Assembly: GCA_964016885.1 (NCBI GenBank)
Contig: OZ024751.1
Coordinates: 37,200,001-37,264,000, forward strand
Direction of reading: 5' to 3'
DNA from: Eledone cirrhosa
Lineage: Eukaryota
DNA: 64,000 nucleotides
Positions 56,356-64,000 of this stretch are shown here, piece after piece. The position numbers and the translations under genes are program-made. A model generated the notes under the pieces. It was not told the origin of the DNA and made no database searches. It saw nothing but the letters and a program-made list of their open reading frames with translations. Each line of letters starts with the position of its first letter. Position 1 is the first letter of the stretch.

Positions 56356-56690
56356 CAAAGAGTGTCTGAAACGTAATGGGACTGGTTTCAAACAATTTGT
56401 TTCAATTCCATGCAACAAACTCCATGGTTTACCCTTCAAACTAATCCACTTCGAGTCTAATAAACTCTTCCATCCTTCTCTGTCACACATCTATGCTGCT
56501 GGAAGGATTCTTCTGGGATGTTCCTCAGCTCTTTCGTTATGGCTCTCTTGATAGCCTCCACACCTTCAAAACGGGGTTCCTTGGTGACCATCAAGAGCTT
56601 GGAGAAAAGAAAAAAAAGAACGTCACACGGAGCAAGATCAGGTGAATAAGGAGGTTATCCCAGTTCCGCGATGTTATTCTCAACTAGCTG
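56356..56690 (-). pseudogene. Mariner transposase C-terminal remnant with adjacent TIR
   Basis: Minus strand 56654-56622 encodes PPYSPDLAPCD (mariner DD34D motif), followed by RFEGVEAIKRAITKELRNIPEESFQ. The TIR-like TA|CAAAGAGTGTCTGAAACGTAATGGGACTG is at 56354. Confidence 0.9.
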
Positions 56691-56811
56691 TTGAAACGAT
56701 TCATTATAATATATATATATCATCACCCGTGGTTTTGTATTGCTTGGCTGAAGTGACCGTTTCTGCGCATGCGCGTTCATACGGCTGTTCTTCCTGTTCC
56801 GTATAACCATT

Positions 56812-56864
56812 ACCAGTCCGAGCTGAAGATCCGCATAAGGTGAAACAATTGTTTTCGGTATGGT
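56812..56864 (+). ncRNA. Candidate type I hammerhead ribozyme inside a 230-bp (TA)n-flanked element (about 56721-56955)
   Basis: Stem I ACCA..CCGAG / TTCGG..TGGT; CTGAAGA 56823-56829; short stem II CC/GG; GAAA 56842-56845; palindromic CAATTG; GTT cleavage triplet ending 56853. Confidence 0.72.
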
Positions 56865-56952
56865 GAACTAACTGTTGTGTTACTAGTTCTACCAAACTCG
56901 TCCCATGGACTGAGTGCTCTACCACTACGGATAGTACCTTCCAGTGTTCTAC

Positions 56953-57000
<48 letters not shown>

Positions 57001-57152
57001 GTGTGTGTGTGTGCGTGTATAAGAGAGAGAGGAGGAGAGAAAGAGATAGATAGAGATAGAGAGATATGACGTATAAATATTTATTTCAAAGCAAAAAGAG
57101 AATACTTTTAGAAGAGAAAGTGTATGTTGTCAGTAGAAGTTTCGAAGAATGT

Positions 57153-57295
57153 GAAAAAATAATTATATTATAGCGTAGCGTAATACTTGCCGAGAACCAA
57201 ATCCGCCAAAGTAAAACAATACGTTATATTCCCTTTGTTTTATAATATCTATTATTTTATTTCCACTGTTGCTATTTCAGATGCATTTGGTTTCT
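57153..57295 (+). repeat. 143-bp segment duplicated at 58562-58704
   Basis: Identical except one base (GCCAAAGT vs GCCAATGT). Confidence 0.95.
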
Positions 57296-57904
57296 AAATT
57301 AAAGTAAATAGTCTCCCAATAAATTTCATTTACAGAACAAGACTTTATTCATTCCAAATACGTCTGTAAGATTTTTATGAAATATATCCGTCATTCCATC
57401 GTATGAATATATTTAATTTTAAGTCAACAACAGGGAAAATTAAAAAAAAAAAAAAATTTAAAATATATTTAACATGTATTCTCTTTTCAAATCTCCTTTG
57501 AAGCATATAACCATTCCTGGAGCCGAGATCGGCAATCTGGACTTAAATCCTATCATTATTCACAGAAAAATTATTTTTAGTTTTATATTCCATTCCTTTC
57601 AAAGCGAATTAAAAACTTTTCTAATTCTAATTCAAAAGTACCAAATGCAATATAATGTGTATCATCGATATTAATGTGTATCGATCTCAAGAATTTCAAA
57701 CACAAATCCTATTAATAGCATTGTGAAATCTTCCTTCAGATGTTTGTGTCAACTAAATACTAAACAGGAAGCAAATACTAAATAATTAAAAGCATTTGTA
57801 TGATAAAAGTAATTGAAACTAGGATGAAACAAAATGGAAGTTGGGATCTTTCTTCTATTTGTTAAGCCATTGAAATAGATCCAACTCTCTTGCGTAAATT
57901 ATAG

Positions 57905-57954
<50 letters not shown>

Positions 57955-58361
57955 AGACGTGCATCACACAAACGAGCACGTACACTCACATATACATACA
58001 ACCACATAAAAACGAAAAGATCAAAAGATGGTTAAAATAGTTCCAAGTATTTTATTATGCGCATTTCAAAAACAAATATCATCATGGGATGATATCTGTG
58101 TTCTCATTAGATAAAATAGGGAGACATGATATGAAGCTTAAAAAACACTTGTGAGCAGTGAAGTTTTAAATAAACATATGAAAAATAAACTAAGATGAGA
58201 GGGGGGGGGGTTAGGAAAAGGTAAGGAAGAAAGAAAAGTAAAGGATGGTGGGGGAGGAGTATAAGAAGGAAGGATGAGAGAGGAGGAGAAATGGGTGATA
58301 GAGAGAGAATTAGCTTTTACAACTGAGAAAACTGTCTCACAGAGAGCAATTAAAAAAACCT

Positions 58362-58400
<39 letters not shown>

Positions 58401-58522
58401 CGAAGGAAATGTGGTAAGGAACCAGGTGGACCATAACGCACCAAAGTACTCAATACTTGAGGTAGTAGAGTGGGTAATAGGAACCAGTAAGACCCCGACA
58501 GCTGAGCTCAAGCCGTTTCGAC

Positions 58523-58566
<44 letters not shown>

Positions 58567-58713
58567 AATAATTATATTATAGCGTAGCGTAATACTTGCC
58601 GAGAACCAAATCCGCCAATGTAAAACAATACGTTATATTCCCTTTGTTTTATAATATCTATTATTTTATTTCCACTGTTGCTATTTCAGATGCATTTGGT
58701 TTCTCACACGTAC

Positions 58714-58757
<44 letters not shown>

Positions 58758-58825
58758 TTGGAGCTCTGAAATATTGTATTGCAAAATACATTATATATAC
58801 ATCCATATATATATATATATATATA

Positions 58826-59265
58826 TTAGAAAGGAATGCAAAATTAATTCATGCAACAATCAGCATACCTCGCGGGGCTTTCACTCCAGACGGGCCGCTG
58901 CCATTTCGATTTTACGGAGGTGTTCAGCTATAAGAGATTAGACGACGTCTGAAGTATCGACGGCGAAAGGTTTAAAGAGGAAGCGACCGGACAAGCCCCA
59001 GCGTTTGTCATCATACCCGCTTCATCGTGGGCCGCGGTACCGGGGTCTGTGGTCGAAGTGACTAAGCTGGAAGATGAAAACGTCTCATTTCATGTCATGT
59101 CCAGATAAGGGATATATATCCTTCGAATGGGAAGAAGGTAATTCCGTGTTCGAAGTCGAGGCCAGATGGCGCTTCAGTTGTGACGGGACGCCGGCTGCAT
59201 TAGGTACTTTGTCATTATGTCGTTGAGAACGGCATGGAGAGGGAACCGACATGTGCTCTGGTGGC
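58826..59265. mobile_element. Unclassified GC/CpG-rich element starting (TA)nTTAGAAA
   Basis: Abrupt compositional shift inside TA tracts; junction motif shared with 23042, 39988 and 58560. Confidence 0.4.
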
Positions 59266-59307
59266 ATGTATGTGTTTGTGTGTATACGTGTGCGCATATT
59301 TATCTAA

Positions 59308-59402
59308 GTGTATATATATATATATATATATATCCAGACAAAGCACACTCACACGTACACAATATATATATATACATACATATCCAGACAAAGCACACTC
59401 AC

Positions 59403-59449
<47 letters not shown>

Positions 59450-59485
59450 AGACAAAGCACACTCACACGTACACAATATATATAT

Positions 59486-59565
<80 letters not shown>

Positions 59566-59632
59566 GTGTGTATATATATATATATCTATATCTATATATA
59601 TGTGTATATATATCTATATATATATCTATATA

Positions 59633-59670
<38 letters not shown>

Positions 59671-59838
59671 TATGTGTATATATATACATATATACATATA
59701 TATGTGTATATATATATACATATATATGTGTATATATATATATGTATATGTATATGTATATGTATATATATATGTATATATATATATATGCATATATATA
59801 TATGTATATATATATATGTATATATATATGTATATGTA

Positions 59839-59895
<57 letters not shown>

Positions 59896-59898
59896 GTA

Positions 59899-59942
<44 letters not shown>

Positions 59943-59955
59943 TATACATATATAC
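59308..59955. repeat. Three TA-spaced copies of TCCAGACAAAGCACACTCACAC(GTACAC)AA followed by a long complex (TA/TG)n tract
   Basis: Directly visible. Confidence 0.92.
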
Positions 59956-60328
59956 ACCCTACCGACTGAGATGTGGATAGTGTCTGTGTTTGTGCGTATA
60001 TCAAATGTCTGATATGTATATGTGTGTATATATGACATGGCTGTATATGTATGTCTGTATCAGTGTATATGTGTGCGTGTAACTTCGCGACACATCAGAT
60101 AACGAGACAAATTATTTGGCAGGAAATTTATTTAAGTAGAGTTTAATATCTGTCTGGTTAAATACTTTCTTCTATTTAGAATTGTTGGTTTCAGCTTTTG
60201 CTTAATGAGTATCAACTGAGGCATGAAGAGAGCCATTGAAGATAAGCAGAGCTAGATTATATTTGGGTAAGGTTTTTGTATATCAATGTTAAATACTTTA
60301 TATATATAAATAAGTACATATGTATGTG

Positions 60329-60329
<1 letters not shown>

Positions 60330-60359
<30 letters not shown>

Positions 60360-60388
60360 CGACATATATATATATATATATATATATC

Positions 60389-60476
<88 letters not shown>

Positions 60477-60500
60477 CATATATATATATATATATATATC

Positions 60501-60574
<74 letters not shown>

Positions 60575-60575
60575 C

Positions 60576-60608
<33 letters not shown>

Positions 60609-60830
60609 CATATATATATATACTCATTTACATATATACATATACATAAATATATATACTCATTTACATATATACATATACATAAACATATATATATATA
60701 TTATATATATATACATATGTATATATATATAGAGAGATACATATGTATATACATACATATGTATATACATACATATGTATATACATACATATGTATATAC
60801 ATACATATGTATATATATATATATATTGTT
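60330..60830. repeat. (TA)n tract punctuated by seven TCGACA motifs, then TACA-rich repeats
   Basis: TCGAC at 60359, 60387, 60429, 60473, 60499, 60537 and 60571. Confidence 0.93.
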
Positions 60831-61568
60831 ATGCTTTACACACGTTCTCAGATAAAGAATCTTGCTAAACAAATTCAGAAACGAAATATATATATATATA
60901 TATATATTTTACAGATCGTATATATATATATATATATATATTACAGAAGCCGAATTAATGACCCAATTGGATAATTTCCGTTTTCCCAAATTACAACATA
61001 AACTTGAGGCAATGATCAATATAGCCGTAAATTTGAATCAATTGAACACTGTTATTAATTAAGTTGACAAATACTAGGATATGGAAGACAGCAGTAAAAT
61101 AAAAGTAGAAAATGAAAGATCTCAGAAAATATCGGAGAATATTTCAATTAATTCCAAGGTTTGTAAATAGAAAACATTTATAGCCATTTTCTAAGTCTGT
61201 TAAAATATATATATATTTGATTCAATTGGCTTACAGAAGACTTATCAATCTATATCAGAGCATTCATACGTGTTGAATACGTATAAATTGATACAGTTTT
61301 TTCTAAGATGTAAATTTAATTTCAATTAGTATAATTGGAAATATAGAAAGAGATGAATAAGGTTGTCTTTAAGAGGGAGAAACTCGTCTAAATGGAATTG
61401 AGTAAACATGTTAAATACAGAGGAGTCTCACTGGATGCATTAGGATCGAACGTATGAGAGAAATATATAAACACACATACACACATAGATATACATACGT
61501 ACATACATACGCATATATATACATACACACATAGATATACATACGTACATACATACGCATATATATAT

Positions 61569-61618
<50 letters not shown>

Positions 61619-61726
61619 ATATATTTGCGTATGTATGTACGTATATATATATATATATGTATATATATGCGTATGTACGTATATATATGTATATGTATGT
61701 ATATAATATATATATATATGTAAATG

Positions 61727-61768
<42 letters not shown>

Positions 61769-61914
61769 CATACATATACATATATATACATACATACATA
61801 CGCAAATATATACATATATATATATATACGTACATACATACGCAAATATACACACACACATATATATATATACACAATAATACTCAGGCATACATATATA
61901 TATACACATACCTA

Positions 61915-61956
<42 letters not shown>

Positions 61957-61960
<4 letters not shown>

Positions 61961-62207
61961 CTGCCAACTCGTTTTCGAGTACGGCCACTACTTTATATCC
62001 ATGTGAGAGAACCCCTACCGATGCGCTGAACGAGTGTGACTTTTTAGTCCAGCCAGCGACTTGAAAACTCTGGTACAAACACTACACTTGTGACAATTAT
62101 TGACACATAGTGCTGGGCCCATGGTACCACGTGAGGACAAGTGCAGAGAGATCTCCAGATATAAAGCAATGCCTGTGCCGTGAAGCTTTTATAGTGAGCA
62201 AAAGCAC
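61957..62207 (-). mobile_element. 600-bp retroposon copy 4, truncated
   Basis: Same left boundary and sequence as the 24847 family; ends at GTGAGCAAAAGCAC. Confidence 0.8.
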
Positions 62208-62277
62208 ACATATATAAACACACATACCTAGGTATTTATATGCACATCAACATTGATATATAATGTATATAATATAC

Positions 62278-62540
62278 GAGTGTAAAGGTGTTGGGCTTAT
62301 GACCCTACCATCGGGGCTTCGATTCCTATACAGTCTCTTTTGCTCTTGAGAAAAACATCTTGTTTCACGGTACTCCAGAATATCCAGCTGAAAATGAGTA
62401 CCAGCTATAGCAGGGGCTATAAAACTGTGATGGAGTGGTGTCCTATCTAGTGGGGTGTCTTGTACTCTCTATCACTTTCTGCCATGGAAACCAGATTAAG
62501 AACCGACACAACGAGACTCCAGGCTCGAGACAGAATTTAG
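62278..62540 (+). mobile_element. Old tRNA-derived SINE (family-B-related head, different 3' half)
   Basis: GGGCTTCGATTCC B-box; CTTGAGAAAAACATCTTGTTTCACG; CAGCTGAAAATGAGTACC; TGTGATGGAGTGGTGTCCTATCTAG. Confidence 0.5.
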
Positions 62541-63322
62541 AATGTCTATTGCGTTCCATAATTATGACATGAAAGCTATTTAACCTTATTCAAGCAGGTG
62601 GCTCCCGTATATATTGCTATATCGGGTGTTGATAGGTAACTGTGAACAATAAAATATTGCTAAAGACTGAAGAACTACTTGGTGAGATAAACATCACCAG
62701 ATACAATACCCAATAACACAAAGAAGAAAACAACTGAAGATAATTGAAGGGAATATCGTTGACAGAGATGTCAACACCAGGAAGAAATGCTGAGAGAATA
62801 TATATCGGAAAACAAACATAAGAAATTATGATTTCCTTAGTTTCGGAGGAGATTATTTCGCAATATCAATATGATGTTGTTTCATCGTCTGAAAGCCACA
62901 TTATTAGTGAAAACTTGCCAGTATGATAGACGATCGTAGTCACTAAATTGAAGATATTTTTAATAACATAAAGTAACGTGTTATGCCAAATCGATGTTAT
63001 AGATGATAACCAATATGATAGATTTGTTTCAATAATGATTATGAGAGAAAAGTAATACAATATCGTTTGACAAACATCTAAGACACATAAACAAGAGAAG
63101 AGATAATGAAATATTTAACTGATATAAATGATATATGAGATTAATTTATTGTAAATACAGATATGTTAGACGCAAAATGTTGTGGATATTTTAGACGTTT
63201 TTCCTATTTTATTCTTATCTTCTACTAGGAAATATAGCAAAACATATGGCTTAAGAGATAAAACTATTTAATCTCCATTTAAATCAGAATCTAGAGCACC
63301 CTCACACTCACGTATTTATCCT

Positions 63323-63386
<64 letters not shown>

Positions 63387-63451
63387 TAAGTACATAAATG
63401 TAAATATTTATCTACATATCTACACATCTATCACTCAGCATATGAATGTAA

Positions 63452-63483
<32 letters not shown>

Positions 63484-64000
63484 ATACATATATATATTAT
63501 TATATGTTTGTTTATATTGGGGTTATATATATATATATAGTATATGTATGTTTATATTGGGTATATATATATATATAGTATATGTATGTTTATATTGGGT
63601 TTATATATAGATATATATAGATATATTCATTTATGTAATTGCGTATGTGTGTACTCGTACTACAAACATACCGAAACAGCAGAAGGTTAATCCTAAAATG
63701 CAAGAAGGTTAAATAAATAAATAAAATAAATAAATAAAATAAAATAAATAAATAAAATAAAATAAATAATGAAATACATGAATATATAAATATATAAATA
63801 CATAAATTCGTAAACATATGAATAAATAACAGCAAGGAAAATAGATATTGTTTTTGCATGCGTGCAAATATATGTTGACAAATTCTATGCTTTAATACAG
63901 AATAACTACTTTCGCTGCAAATCCCTTTTCGCTAGTATTTTGAAATGTCTTAGAATAGCAAAAACCACTTACATATATCCATCTAACCCCTCTCTCCTCC

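Noticed and set aside
59217-60974. Long YI/HT/CV-rich ORFs here and at many other loci (e.g. 7362-7659, 20358-20824, 22212-22615, 25279-26692, 27494-28848, 61388-61915)
   Set aside because: Translations of (TA)n, (CA)n and (TACA)n microsatellites that lack stop codons.

Overview
This is AT-rich, microsatellite-laden eukaryotic DNA. The SINE families and (TA)n density resemble an octopus/coleoid cephalopod genome (inference from pattern recognition, no search run). The window is intronic or intergenic. The only convincing long ORF is the 3' part of an uninterrupted Tx1/L1-clade retrotransposon ORF2 (1-1395). The rest is a mosaic of tRNA-derived SINEs, RTE LINE fragments, a mariner remnant, a mariner-type MITE, a non-autonomous Helitron, a 600-bp RTE-like retroposon in four copies, a 22 x 45-bp minisatellite made from a SINE head, many simple repeats and a 200-N gap. 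The most striking unexplained signal is a set of short elements in or next to (TA)n tracts. Three carry well-formed type I hammerhead-ribozyme motifs with palindromic stem III (27089, 29367, 56812; more are decayed). Several form long fold-back palindromes, some of which turn at the ribozyme-like GAAA. This looks like a Penelope/Neptune-like or retrozyme-like, microsatellite-associated system. Two small multiple-of-three minus-strand exon candidates hint at a host gene with very long introns. Nearly all other ORFs in the supplied track are microsatellite artefacts.
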